DNA of 64,000 nt from an uncultured bacterium (GTDB lineage: Bacteria; Patescibacteriota; Dojkabacteria; SC72). Location: contig CAIMEL010000004.1 of assembly GCA_903840015.1 (NCBI GenBank), positions 97,452 through 161,451 on the forward strand, in the 5' to 3' direction. The notes under the pieces are model-generated. The model was not told the DNA's origin. It worked only from the letters and a program-made list of their open reading frames with translations, and did no database searches. A program made the translations under genes and the position numbers. This document shows, piece by piece, positions 36,229 to 45,846 of the stretch. Each line of letters opens with the position of its first letter. Position 1 is the stretch's first letter.

Positions 36229-38766
36229 TTACTTTCCAAGTATAAGCTTACTCTCCTCTTCAGAGACAACTTTTCTTGCATCAATAATATCTTCTGCAGT
36301 CACAGATACACCATATATACCAACTTGAACACAGTAACGTAGTAGAGGTTTACAATTTTCAACTACAACAATTACTCTCTCTGCTTTTGGTTTTACAACT
36401 TCCAAAACATTATCTAAAACTTTAAACACACTGTGTCTGGTCATATCATATTTTGCATCAGTATCATCCATCTTGAAACCTTGCATCTGTCTAACAATCC
36501 TAGGCATATTAATAATTAGACCATCTATCTTAGTATTTATTATTTCATCTGCAAGGATAATCTCTGCAGGATTGTCCAGGATGGCATAGATTTTAAAGGT
36601 TGATGTTCTCCTTAATTTCTCCCCTAAAAGCTGTTTCTTGAACTCCTTCATCATCTCATCATTCATAGGAGAGTGTATTGAGATTGAAACATTTCTCTTG
36701 TTGTATACATTTCGAATACGCTTTACTATCTTAATAACTCTCTTCAAGAGATCCAGATTATTCAGATAGTGGGTTGCTCCATAGACTTCGTCCGGTAGAC
36801 TCTGATTTTCATATATTTTACCCTTTTCTAAATCTCTAAATTCTTTAACTTTGGCGGAACCTATGGATATAATGACTTCGTCACCATGAACGAGGTTAAC
36901 ATACTCCAATATTTTTTCTGATATCTTTTTGGAATAATCTACATACTTCTTATCCTCGACATAGGCCATTAGATGTCTCTTCTCTTCTATGAGTATCTTA
37001 TCCAGGTCTATATAAACCAAACCATGAGAATTACCGATATAGTCAAAAAGCTTCTCACTCTCTAGATTAGCCAAAGAAAACACCTTTGTGGCCACTGGGG
37101 GTAGAGTCATATCTCTTGGCGGAATTTTTTCTCCTTCCTTAGGTATAACTTCAGCGTCTAGCAAATCAACCCCAGAAATATCTCCTTGGCTATACGCCTC
37201 TACAACAGGATGGAGTGGAGTAGGCTCAGGCACAGCGACATCTTTGTAGATTGTCCCTGCATTTCCATCTATTTTAACCCAATTACCATTCTTTAATAGC
37301 TCAGATGCATTTCCAGTTCCAACAATTGCAGGAATCCCAACCTCACGACAAAGAATAGAAGTATCACTTGTTAAACCACCTGTGTCCATAATGACACCTC
37401 CACAAGAGAGAATCATTGATTCCATTTCAGATGAATACTTCTTTATTAACAAGATATCACTCTTACTAAACTGCTTGTCTACAGGTGAATCTACTACAGT
37501 TATCTTACCTATTGCGACACCAAAACTCGCACCAATACCAGAGATTATGAAATCATCCTGTTTGACACTTGGGCTTAGTTTTGTATCAGATTCCCGTTTC
37601 GCAGAGTATATTAACTTCTCTAATCGTTTCGTTATCTCATTGCTATTCTTGTTAACCAAACGCTTAGCATCAGACATCGCCTGATTAACAAGTATATTCT
37701 CTCCTCTGTACTTTTCTAGAATTCCAAGTAATAACTCCCTTACATTTTTTCTTGAAACAACATTCTCAAAAGTTACAACATTTGGAGAAAGTAATGTCTC
37801 GTACATTGATTTATTCTGTAAAACCCAAAAACGCCCACCACAAAGTACCCATTCTACATTTTGAACCATACGAGATTTATCTTCAATTATCAAAGCTATC
37901 TTGGAAATCTCCTGCATATCCTTATCATCTAATTTTTGTCTATGACTCCATGCCGCGGATATCTTTATCTTCTCAATATTTTCACCATCTTTTTTACCCT
38001 GCTTCATAGTTCTCACCTTCATCCATTCCTGAGGAGCGATATGTTTTTCTACCAGTGTAAGATTCTTCTTGTTTAAGAGATACGTATCAGGTGTTATCTC
38101 TCCCAAAGAAATAACATCTCCCAAACCGAATACAGCTTCTATACTCAATTTACTGTTATCCTGAGTAATAGGGTCTACTGTAAAAGCAACACCGGAAACC
38201 TCTGCTTGTACCATTCTCTGAACAACAACTGCAACCTTAACATCCAATAGATCTATTCCCATCTTAGAAGCATACATAACAACATCATCAGTAAAGAGAG
38301 AAGCATAGACCCTTTTAATTGAATCTTTTAATTCTTTAAACCCTCTGACATTCAGTTCCGTCGTTAAAATACCCGTAAAGGAAACTTTCTCATTTTCTGG
38401 AAAAACTACAGATGATCTTACTGATACCCAAGCATCAGTAAAACCAGACAGACGTGTATACCCACTCAGTATTTCTTCTTCAGCTTCTTTTGAAAACTCA
38501 GACTTAAGGAAGGCGGCTTCTACATCACTTCCCTCTGGATTTCGATTGTTTGATAAAAGTTTCTTCTCATTTTCCTCAAGGCAGGGAAAAACAAATTCTG
38601 GGAAAAGCTTACTTGAAACAACAAAAAATTCTGGAACAGGAACATCCATATCCTTAAGTTTGAAAAGACTAACACCTTTCCTGCCTACAAGATTCTCAGA
38701 GAGTTGGGTAGAGGAGTAATCCTCATAGAAGAAGACATTCTTTTTCTTTGCACTAACATTATCCAT
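36229..38766 (-). CDS. PEP-utilising enzyme family protein (PEP synthase / pyruvate phosphate dikinase-like). The catalytic phospho-His position is occupied by Asp.
   Basis: It has an N-terminal ATP-grasp/PPDK_N region (GRKGVSLFKLKDMDVPVPEFFVV), a central swivel domain GGLTSDTSILCREVGIPAIVG (consensus GGRTSHAAIIAREhGIPAVVG) and a C-terminal TIM-barrel-like region. Confidence 0.65.
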   Translation of the reverse strand: MDNVSAKKKNVFFYEDYSSTQLSENLVGRKGVSLFKLKDMDVPVPEFFVVSSKLFPEFVFPCLEENEKKLLSNNRNPEGSDVEAAFLKSEFSKEAEEEILSGYTRLSGFTDAWVSVRSSVVFPENEKVSFTGILTTELNVRGFKELKDSIKRVYASLFTDDVVMYASKMGIDLLDVKVAVVVQRMVQAEVSGVAFTVDPITQDNSKLSIEAVFGLGDVISLGEITPDTYLLNKKNLTLVEKHIAPQEWMKVRTMKQGKKDGENIEKIKISAAWSHRQKLDDKDMQEISKIALIIEDKSRMVQNVEWVLCGGRFWVLQNKSMYETLLSPNVVTFENVVSRKNVRELLLGILEKYRGENILVNQAMSDAKRLVNKNSNEITKRLEKLIYSAKRESDTKLSPSVKQDDFIISGIGASFGVAIGKITVVDSPVDKQFSKSDILLIKKYSSEMESMILSCGGVIMDTGGLTSDTSILCREVGIPAIVGTGNASELLKNGNWVKIDGNAGTIYKDVAVPEPTPLHPVVEAYSQGDISGVDLLDAEVIPKEGEKIPPRDMTLPPVATKVFSLANLESEKLFDYIGNSHGLVYIDLDKILIEEKRHLMAYVEDKKYVDYSKKISEKILEYVNLVHGDEVIISIGSAKVKEFRDLEKGKIYENQSLPDEVYGATHYLNNLDLLKRVIKIVKRIRNVYNKRNVSISIHSPMNDEMMKEFKKQLLGEKLRRTSTFKIYAILDNPAEIILADEIINTKIDGLIINMPRIVRQMQGFKMDDTDAKYDMTRHSVFKVLDNVLEVVKPKAERVIVVVENCKPLLRYCVQVGIYGVSVTAEDIIDARKVVSEEESKLILGK

Positions 38767-38803
38767 TTTGTGCAGGGCAGTACAAAATTTATCTCTTTAA
38801 TAT

Positions 38804-39952
38804 CTAAACAATACCTTTAGCTTTCAATTTTTGCAAGTCGATATAGAATTCGTAGAGAATCTGAAGAATAACCATCGAAGGAACGGCTAGAAGACCTCCA
38901 ACTGGACCAAAGAAAATCAAAAATATTATAACTCCCAACATAACTAAGATAGGTTTTAAACCAACTGCATTAGACATAACCTTCGGGACTATCAAAGTAT
39001 TCTCTAATTGTTGATAGAGAGTGAAGATTGAGAGAAATATTATGGAGCTCCAAATACCCGTCGTTATTAATGCCACCAAAGCAACAACCAATGCACCAAA
39101 TGTTGCTCCGAACTGAGGAATTAAACAAGCTAAGCCAACAAAGAGTGCCAATGGAATAGCGAATGGAACATTTAGAATCGAAAGAAGAATTCCGGCAAAA
39201 AGTGTTACTAGGAAACTTACAGTAGCTTGACCAAGAACCCAACTACCAAGTTTCTTCTCTACATCTATTACTAATTTTTTTACTCTTTCTCTCTTAGGAT
39301 CCGAAACAATTCTAATCAATAATATATCGAAGAAAGAATCGTGCTCTAGAACAAGGTAAACGGAGAAAATGATTGAAGTCAAAAGTAGTGCGAAAACGCT
39401 AAAGAAGCCAGAGAAAAATCCTGCAATATTCTTTACATTATCCATTGTAGGAAGAGCTTTCAAAGTATCATAGATATATGGAGATACAATATCAAAATTG
39501 AATTGATGGTTACCGAGTTTGAAGTTCTGCAAAAATTGGACAAGATTCTCAAGCCAGGTAGGTAACACTTTTAACAATTCAGAGAACTGTGTTACAAAAG
39601 GCACAAACACTAACGATATCAAGCCTAATATGATCAAAGTTAGTAAAAAGTATGCCGTAAAAACTGCAAATCCCTTACTAAACTTCTTCCCTTCCAACCA
39701 AAGTACAACAGGACGCATAGAGGACATAAAGACAAAGCCTAAGAAGAGAAACAATGCTATTGAAAGAATTTCTTTCCCAAGGAATGCAACAGCAAGAAGA
39801 AAAATAACAAACAAAATCGTCTTCATAGAGAAGTCTATCGTTATTGTAGAATTATTTTTCCCAACAGAAGAGAGAATTTCTCGAACCTCACGGCTCCTGC
39901 TAACATTCTCTTCCGTTACTTTTCCACTTTTTACAGAAAATATTTTTGCCAT
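38804..39952 (-). CDS. AI-2E (PerM/UPF0118) family transporter-like membrane protein.
   Basis: The 382-aa protein has an 8-TM topology, a central soluble insert and the conserved C-terminal helices typical of the AI-2E family. The assignment is by architecture and weak motif resemblance only. Confidence 0.45.
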   Translation of the reverse strand: MAKIFSVKSGKVTEENVSRSREVREILSSVGKNNSTITIDFSMKTILFVIFLLAVAFLGKEILSIALFLFLGFVFMSSMRPVVLWLEGKKFSKGFAVFTAYFLLTLIILGLISLVFVPFVTQFSELLKVLPTWLENLVQFLQNFKLGNHQFNFDIVSPYIYDTLKALPTMDNVKNIAGFFSGFFSVFALLLTSIIFSVYLVLEHDSFFDILLIRIVSDPKRERVKKLVIDVEKKLGSWVLGQATVSFLVTLFAGILLSILNVPFAIPLALFVGLACLIPQFGATFGALVVALVALITTGIWSSIIFLSIFTLYQQLENTLIVPKVMSNAVGLKPILVMLGVIIFLIFFGPVGGLLAVPSMVILQILYEFYIDLQKLKAKGIV

Positions 39953-39982
39953 ACCTTGATTATATCAGTTTAACCATTCAAA

Positions 39983-41125
39983 CTAAAGATTTTTCATCTT
40001 TACAAGAACGATCGAGGATATATATGTAGTAACAGGAACTACAAGAATCAAACATATACTAGCAACTAATGTTCGAACTATTTCCTCAACTAAGAATTCT
40101 GTGTTTATGAGGATTCTAAAATTAGGATTATTTGCAGCAAGTAATATGACAAGAGTAAAGCTAGATCCAGCGTAGGCTATAAAAAGCGTATTAATCATTG
40201 AGGCGATGTGATCTTTCCCTATGTTCATTGCTTTTCGATACAGTACTTTTGAAGTTAAAGAGCTATCAGTTTGGTAAATTTCCATCATCGAAGAAACCTG
40301 ACCAATAGTTACATCATCTAATACACCTAAAGCTCCAATTACAATTCCCAAGAGGTATATAGAGGAGAGGGAGAATGATTTTGAGATTGTGTCATAAAGC
40401 ATTACGGCTGACTCTTCCCCAGTACCTGAAATATCTAAAGCTTTCACAACAACAAACCCAACACAGAAAATAAACATGACTCCTAATATTGACGAGATAA
40501 AGGCTATTAAGGATTTCCTGTTAAACCCATATGTAACAAAGGTAGAAGCAATAAGAAGTAGGAATACGGTTAAGATAGCTATGGGGAGGATGTTTCCATT
40601 AAGAGTACTGTTAATATTAGGAATTGCAACAAAATATATAACTATGAAGCTCAACACCAAACCTAGTACCGCTTTAATACCTCTGAAACCAGTCACAAGA
40701 AGTATCAGTACAACAAATATTAATAACAAGGATAATAACTGCCCCTCTCGAGAATAGCTCTCAATATTCCATTGATCACCCAATTCTTCAGAGGAATAGA
40801 GAGAAAGATACACAATTTTACCTTTCTTAAAGAAATCTGCTTCGCTATTAACAGCACTAATCAACGTTTCTACACTATCATTCTTTCTATCACCATCTAG
40901 AATCTCTACACTGTACTTAACACATATGAACTCTGATTCACCAGAGATATCGTCGCAATCAACTACAACGGACTCTAGAACCTTTCCTTTGTATGTCTCT
41001 AACTCCTCCAAGTGCTCCTGAGCAAATACAGAATTGCTAAATCCAAGGAAAGAAAAGAATACAAATATTCCAATAGCTATAACTTTCTTGAGATTATGAA
41101 TTGTCATAATGGTATATATTAACAA
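39983..41125 (-). CDS. Multi-pass membrane protein with an N-terminal signal peptide and a ~100-aa extracytoplasmic domain. It is possibly YibE/F-like.
   Basis: The signal peptide is followed by a Cys-containing ectodomain and about 8 TM helices. It is transcribed downstream of the sortase-substrate-like gene and separated from it by a terminator. Confidence 0.3.
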   Translation of the reverse strand: MLIYTIMTIHNLKKVIAIGIFVFFSFLGFSNSVFAQEHLEELETYKGKVLESVVVDCDDISGESEFICVKYSVEILDGDRKNDSVETLISAVNSEADFFKKGKIVYLSLYSSEELGDQWNIESYSREGQLLSLLLIFVVLILLVTGFRGIKAVLGLVLSFIVIYFVAIPNINSTLNGNILPIAILTVFLLLIASTFVTYGFNRKSLIAFISSILGVMFIFCVGFVVVKALDISGTGEESAVMLYDTISKSFSLSSIYLLGIVIGALGVLDDVTIGQVSSMMEIYQTDSSLTSKVLYRKAMNIGKDHIASMINTLFIAYAGSSFTLVILLAANNPNFRILINTEFLVEEIVRTLVASICLILVVPVTTYISSIVLVKMKNL

Positions 41126-41150
41126 AAATGGGGGAGATTTACTCCCCCAT
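41121..41150 (-). terminator. Rho-independent terminator on the minus strand after the 317-aa gene. The stem is tgggggag/ctccccca with a short loop, and a U-tract follows in minus-strand orientation.
   Basis: Plus-strand positions 41128..41150 read atgggggagatttactcccccat. The preceding aacaaaaa gives TTTTTGTT after the hairpin on the minus strand. Confidence 0.65.
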
Positions 41151-41171
41151 AATGAAACAACTTCAATTATC

Positions 41172-42125
41172 TTAAGCTATCTCTTTCCTTCTTAAAACGA
41201 CCACAGCAGAACTTAGAAGGAATCCAAACAAAGCTACAATACCAAATCCCATCATCAGCTTGTTACCAAGAACAAAGTTCAGAGCATCCTCAAGTTCACC
41301 AGAAGCAACTGGTAAACCATTTTCATCATATACAGCATCTCCATTCACACTGCTTTCCTTTGAATATGTGACTTTGATTTTCTCTTCTGCTTTTGTAACA
41401 TTACCAGCTTCATCTTGTATCTCTAATGTGTAAACATTTGGTCCCTCTTCTAAAACAATACCTATAACTTTGAATTCACCTTTCTCATCACACTTACCTG
41501 TATAGACATCAGTACCTCTCTTTATTGTTATCGAGCATCCTGTTTCAGCCTCTCCAACAAGTGTGAATTTCTCTGAACCAACTTCTCGAGGATATCCTAA
41601 ACTCTTAACTTCAGGACCTGTTCTATCCACTGTAACAATTCTCATATCAGACTGAGAAGAAATATATCTTTTTGGAAACCCTTTTACTCCAGCAACTGAG
41701 ACTGCATATTTACCCTCTTTCTCAGCTTTGTGAGAATATTCGAAATCACCTTCACTGCTTACCTTAACACGACCAACCTCTTCATTATCAACGTATACAA
41801 AAACTTCACTATATCCATCAGCAATACCTTTGATTGTAATATTCTCTTCTTTGGTAAGTATCTCAGTCCCAGAGAGGGAAGGAGCTTGAAGGGATTCATC
41901 GAATTCTGGATTTCTACTATATCTGACAAATGAAAAAATACCGTAACCGATTAAAAGTAGACCTAATGTGATGAATACTGTACCAACGATTTTAGATACT
42001 TTCTCTTGATCCTCAGGAGATTTTACTTCTATTTTAGAAAGCATTGAATCTTCGTTCTTCACTTCTTTCTTGGCAGTAAATTTGTCAACATTTCTGTTAA
42101 CTTTATTATCTTTTTTCTTTGCCAC
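41172..42125 (-). CDS. Cell-surface protein with Ig-like beta-rich ectodomains. It is a candidate sortase substrate, with LPVASG followed by a hydrophobic segment and RRKEIA at the C-terminus.
   Basis: A K-rich N-terminus and a TM/signal anchor are followed by beta-rich repeats. The C-terminus reads ...ENGLPVASGELEDALNFVLGNKLMMGFGIVALFGFLLSSAVVVLRRKEIA. Confidence 0.5.
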   Translation of the reverse strand: MAKKKDNKVNRNVDKFTAKKEVKNEDSMLSKIEVKSPEDQEKVSKIVGTVFITLGLLLIGYGIFSFVRYSRNPEFDESLQAPSLSGTEILTKEENITIKGIADGYSEVFVYVDNEEVGRVKVSSEGDFEYSHKAEKEGKYAVSVAGVKGFPKRYISSQSDMRIVTVDRTGPEVKSLGYPREVGSEKFTLVGEAETGCSITIKRGTDVYTGKCDEKGEFKVIGIVLEEGPNVYTLEIQDEAGNVTKAEEKIKVTYSKESSVNGDAVYDENGLPVASGELEDALNFVLGNKLMMGFGIVALFGFLLSSAVVVLRRKEIA

Positions 42126-42220
42126 CTTTAACCTATATTATAATTTATATGTTCACTGTTTTAGAATAATATAATTTGTCAAATAATGCAACTACGAGAA
42201 AAAACTAGTAAAATATAAAT

Positions 42221-42913
42221 ATGCAGGCAAAAACAATATCTAAAACAATCTTAACTCTTTTCTTAATACTATTTGTATTTGGTCCAATTATTGTTTTCCT
42301 CGCATATCCAACATACAACAATTTGCTTTTACTTAAAAAGGAGATATCAACATACAATATTGCCAAAGAGAAAACAGTTTCCTTACTTGCTCAAATTGCA
42401 CCTCTGAAAGAAAAATTTAATGAGGAGATTCTTGGGGTAACAAGTATAGAAGAGTCTCTAAGTGCACATAACATTGTACTTGATCAGAAGATTCTTGAAG
42501 ATCTGGACACAAGCCTAACAATAGAAGATATAAATATACATGGTTCAATATATCAAGGCGTCTCATCTAAAACTATGGATAAGGGCTTCTGGCATTTCCC
42601 TCTCTCTCAGTATCCTGGAGAGAAAGGCAATGTAGTAATAATAGGGCATCGATTCCTTAACATTCCTCCAGCTCGGGATACTTTTTACAATTTAGACAAA
42701 ATTAAGATTGGTGATGAGATAAAAGTTAAACACATTGAAGGAGAATATACATATATCGTAGTGGAGAAAAAAATTGTTGCTCCGAACGACATGTCGACCA
42801 TAGACAAGAGTGAAGATTACAGATTAACTTTAATAACTTGCACACCACTCTGGACCTCTGAAAAACGCCTTGTTGTGGTCGCTAAACTAGACAAATTATA
42901 CAAAAAAGTGTAG
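42221..42913 (+). CDS. Sortase (transpeptidase), class E-like.
   Basis: An N-terminal TM anchor, the catalytic His context VVIIGHR, the active-site motif LTLITCTP (TLxTC) and a downstream conserved Arg (EKRLVVV) are present. Confidence 0.75.
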   Translation: MQAKTISKTILTLFLILFVFGPIIVFLAYPTYNNLLLLKKEISTYNIAKEKTVSLLAQIAPLKEKFNEEILGVTSIEESLSAHNIVLDQKILEDLDTSLTIEDINIHGSIYQGVSSKTMDKGFWHFPLSQYPGEKGNVVIIGHRFLNIPPARDTFYNLDKIKIGDEIKVKHIEGEYTYIVVEKKIVAPNDMSTIDKSEDYRLTLITCTPLWTSEKRLVVVAKLDKLYKKV

Positions 42914-42948
42914 ACTTTGACCGCTATTTAAATCATTATACGAACTAG

Positions 42949-43974
42949 ATGGAACAATTTTACGAAAGAAAAGATATCGACAATAGTACAGTCGAATTTA
43001 AGATAAAAATACCTCAAGATAGTTTCCAAGAGACATATAACAGGTTACTAAAAGAGAAGACAAAGGAAACAGATGTTAAAGGTTTTCGAAAGGGCAAAGT
43101 TCCTAAGGAATTAGTGGAATCAGAGATGAGTGAGACAATAAAGATCCAATCATTTGAAAAGCTAGTTCCACTTTACATAACCACAGCACTAGAGAAAGAG
43201 AATCTCAATCCTATTGCACCTCCAGCTTACAAAGAGTTACCTGATTTCAAGAAGAATGACGATTTAGAATTTGTCATAGATATAACGATAATGCCGGAGT
43301 TCCAATTAGGGAATTTGAAAAAGATCAAAATCGAAAAAGAGGATGTTAAGATATCTTCAAAAGATGTAACCGATGCACTCGAGAGTATTCAGAAGAATTC
43401 CCCAACAAAGGCAAAAGAGATGAATGATGCGTGGGCAAAAGAGATAGCGAAGAGTATGAAGATTGAAAAGATAGAGAAATTGGTGGATCTTAAAAAATAT
43501 GTCAAAGATACCTTGAAGAAACAGAAAGAGCATATGATGAGACACAAATTAGAAGACAAAGCATTTGAACAAGCAATAGAATTAAGCAAAATTTCAATAC
43601 CAGAACCCGCAGTAAAATATGAAGCAGAGGAAAGAGAAAGAGCTTTCCTTCATGACATGGAGCATAAGAATATAAATGCAGATGATTTTCTCAAGGCAAA
43701 CAATATAACCCTTGAAAGAATGCGAGAGCTATGGTTGAAAGATGCAAAGCAAGCACTCGAGAGTGATGTCTTCCTAAAACTTTATGCAAAAGAAAAAGAT
43801 ATCAAGATATCTGATGAGGACTTGAAGGAAAAAATAGAATTAATTAAAAAGGGAGCTCCAAAAGATACAGATCCAAATATTTTTGAGAACGAACAGTGGA
43901 TTGAATATATTAAAAGAATAGAAGAGAAAGAAACAGCATTTAACAAATTTGTTAAGGAAGTTCTAGGAGAATAA
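42949..43974 (+). CDS. tig: Trigger factor, a short form apparently lacking the PPIase domain.
   Basis: The N-terminal ribosome-binding domain carries the signature [13 protein letters not shown]. It is followed by a long helical C-terminal domain, and no FKBP-like segment is recognisable in the 341 aa. It lies immediately upstream of clpP. Confidence 0.7.
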   Translation: MEQFYERKDIDNSTVEFKIKIPQDSFQETYNRLLKEKTKETDVKGFRKGKVPKELVESEMSETIKIQSFEKLVPLYITTALEKENLNPIAPPAYKELPDFKKNDDLEFVIDITIMPEFQLGNLKKIKIEKEDVKISSKDVTDALESIQKNSPTKAKEMNDAWAKEIAKSMKIEKIEKLVDLKKYVKDTLKKQKEHMMRHKLEDKAFEQAIELSKISIPEPAVKYEAEERERAFLHDMEHKNINADDFLKANNITLERMRELWLKDAKQALESDVFLKLYAKEKDIKISDEDLKEKIELIKKGAPKDTDPNIFENEQWIEYIKRIEEKETAFNKFVKEVLGE

Positions 43975-43990
43975 TATTTTTAATAAATAT

Positions 43991-44572
43991 ATGAACTTAA
44001 TACCTACAGTTATTGAGAAGGAAAGAGGAGGGGAGAGGGCATATGATATCTACTCCCGTTTACTGAAGGATAGGATCATATTTGTGAGTGGCCATATAGA
44101 AACAAATATGTCCAATACAGTAATCGCCCAACTTCTTTTTTTAGAGAAAGAGAATCCAGATGAAGATATACAGATGTTCATAAATTCTCAAGGCGGCCAG
44201 GTTACAGCAGGGATGGCAATACTTGATACCATGAACTATATAAAATGCGATGTTTCAACAATTGCAGTAGGACTTGCAGCATCAATGGGTACTGTATTAC
44301 TCTCCTCAGGGACGAGAGGAAAGCGATTTGCACTGCCTAACAGTAAGATACATATTCATCAACCATTGGGAGGAGTAGAGGGCCAAGCAAGTGATATAGC
44401 TATAGAGGCAGAGGAGATATTGAAGACAAGAGAAACCCTTTACAAAATTCTTTCTGAGAACAGCAAGCAAGCCATTAAACAGATAGAGAAAGATGCAGAT
44501 AGAGATAAATATTTTACTGCGAAAGAAGCAAAAGAGTATGGCTTGATAGATAAAGTAATTAGAAAAAGATAG
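43991..44572 (+). CDS. clpP: ATP-dependent Clp protease proteolytic subunit ClpP.
   Basis: The motif [37 protein letters not shown] is followed by the catalytic Ser context [11 protein letters not shown] and a His in HIHQP. Confidence 0.9.
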   Translation: MNLIPTVIEKERGGERAYDIYSRLLKDRIIFVSGHIETNMSNTVIAQLLFLEKENPDEDIQMFINSQGGQVTAGMAILDTMNYIKCDVSTIAVGLAASMGTVLLSSGTRGKRFALPNSKIHIHQPLGGVEGQASDIAIEAEEILKTRETLYKILSENSKQAIKQIEKDADRDKYFTAKEAKEYGLIDKVIRKR

Positions 44573-44574
44573 CT

Positions 44575-45093
44575 ATGAATCTAGACGATCCTACACAAAC
44601 AGAACAAGATAACAAACAAGAGGCACTATCAACAATCTTATTCAATATCAACCAGATGTATGAGCACGCTACAGAGGATGATATTCTTTCAGACACAATT
44701 TACGATGTCTCACTTCCAGAGGTTTATGCCTACCTTCAACAGATAGAGCAGGACCAAGACTCTCCAATAAAACTTTTACGAATAAGATATGTTTCTGTGC
44801 AGGATTTCGATACCATTGCAACAATCTACGATTATACTCAAGTGTATCCTGAGACAGAGGCACCATACAATCAAAGAATCTACTTTATTGAAGGGGCCGA
44901 TTTTGCATTAACCCTAATGCCAATAGAGGAGAAGAAAGGACAAATACAGATACATATGACAGCATTAGACGCCTCCCCAGATTTCATTACAGAGATGTTT
45001 GCAGAATTGGACAGGAAAAAATCTTTCGAAGATTTGGGATTGATTAAAGCCTCTCAATTGAAACCAACCACTAAGAAAAAAGCTAAGTCTTAA
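44575..45093 (+). CDS. Acidic hypothetical protein.
   Basis: The ORF is 172 aa with no recognised motif. Its 3' end overlaps the convergent doc gene by 11 nt. Confidence 0.4.
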   Translation: MNLDDPTQTEQDNKQEALSTILFNINQMYEHATEDDILSDTIYDVSLPEVYAYLQQIEQDQDSPIKLLRIRYVSVQDFDTIATIYDYTQVYPETEAPYNQRIYFIEGADFALTLMPIEEKKGQIQIHMTALDASPDFITEMFAELDRKKSFEDLGLIKASQLKPTTKKKAKS

Positions 45094-45502
45094 CTATACT
45101 TTTTTCTAAGAAATTCTCTAATCTTTCTCTAACAATATTCATATCTTCTACCTTGCTAGAAGCAGTATACACAGTGATATCAAACAACTCCTCATTGCTT
45201 GTCTCAAGAGAATAGCCATTTTTTTCCAGAAATAACATTAGAGCAAATATTCCCATTCGCTTATTTCCATCTTCAAAAGGATGATTCTTTATACACAGAT
45301 AGTAGAGAATAGCAGCTTTTGAGATTATAGTTGGATATAGTTCTTTTCCTGCTATTTGCTGGAAGGGCTGGGTTATTGAACTTTCTAGTTTCCCTCTGTT
45401 TACAACCCTATAACCAGGTCTATTACCAACTTCTCTCTCCATCTGTTCTGCAAAAATTAATGCTATATACTCTAATTCTTCAATGGTAATACTAGGTATC
45501 AT
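45083..45502 (-). CDS. doc: Doc (death-on-curing) / Fic-family toxin.
   Basis: It carries the Fic/Doc motif HPFEDGNKRMG (HxFx[D/E]GNKR) in a ~139-aa protein. Confidence 0.8.
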   Translation of the reverse strand: MIPSITIEELEYIALIFAEQMEREVGNRPGYRVVNRGKLESSITQPFQQIAGKELYPTIISKAAILYYLCIKNHPFEDGNKRMGIFALMLFLEKNGYSLETSNEELFDITVYTASSKVEDMNIVRERLENFLEKSIVKT

Positions 45503-45504
45503 AA

Positions 45505-45606
45505 TTAGGCATTTTGAAGTTTAATTAATGCTTCTTTGTACCTATCCATAACCTTTGTATAAATTTGCTTAAGATACTTTTTCTCTTCTTCTGACAGTTG
45601 CTTCAT
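45505..45606 (-). CDS. 33-aa ORF (MKQLSEEEKKYLKQIYTKVMDRYKEALIKLQNA) immediately upstream of doc with a 2-nt spacer. It is a candidate mini-antitoxin.
   Basis: Found by manual translation of the minus strand. It is below the ORF-track size cut-off, and its position is typical of a Phd/antitoxin gene. Confidence 0.3.
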   Translation of the reverse strand: MKQLSEEEKKYLKQIYTKVMDRYKEALIKLQNA

Positions 45607-45678
45607 ATCTTTACAATTATACACAAATATATATCCAAGTTGAAAAAAAGGACGAGAAAATATAGAATAGGGGAAGAT

Positions 45679-45755
45679 GGACGATTAGCTCAGCTGGTTA
45701 GAGCACTACATTGACATTGTAGGGGTCACTGGTTCGATTCCGGTATCGTCCACCA
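45679..45755 (+). tRNA. tRNA-Val (anticodon GAC), with encoded CCA.
   Basis: The cloverleaf was folded manually. The acceptor GGACGAT pairs with ATCGTCC. The D-arm is GCTC-AGCTGGTTA-GAGC. The anticodon stem is CTACA/TGTAG with loop TTGACAT. The T-arm is ACTGG-TTCGATT-CCGGT, and ACCA is at the 3' end. Confidence 0.9.
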
Positions 45756-45846
45756 TTTCATTTCCTCTTTGAAATTCCCCATGAACGATTCTTTTTTATG
45801 GTAAAATATACTTCGACTTGTTTTAATAAATAAAGGAACAAACTAT

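Noticed and set aside
44575-45093. The 172-aa acidic protein as a candidate Doc antitoxin.
   Set aside because: It is convergent with doc rather than co-transcribed upstream of it, which is not a TA operon arrangement. It is kept as a hypothetical protein.
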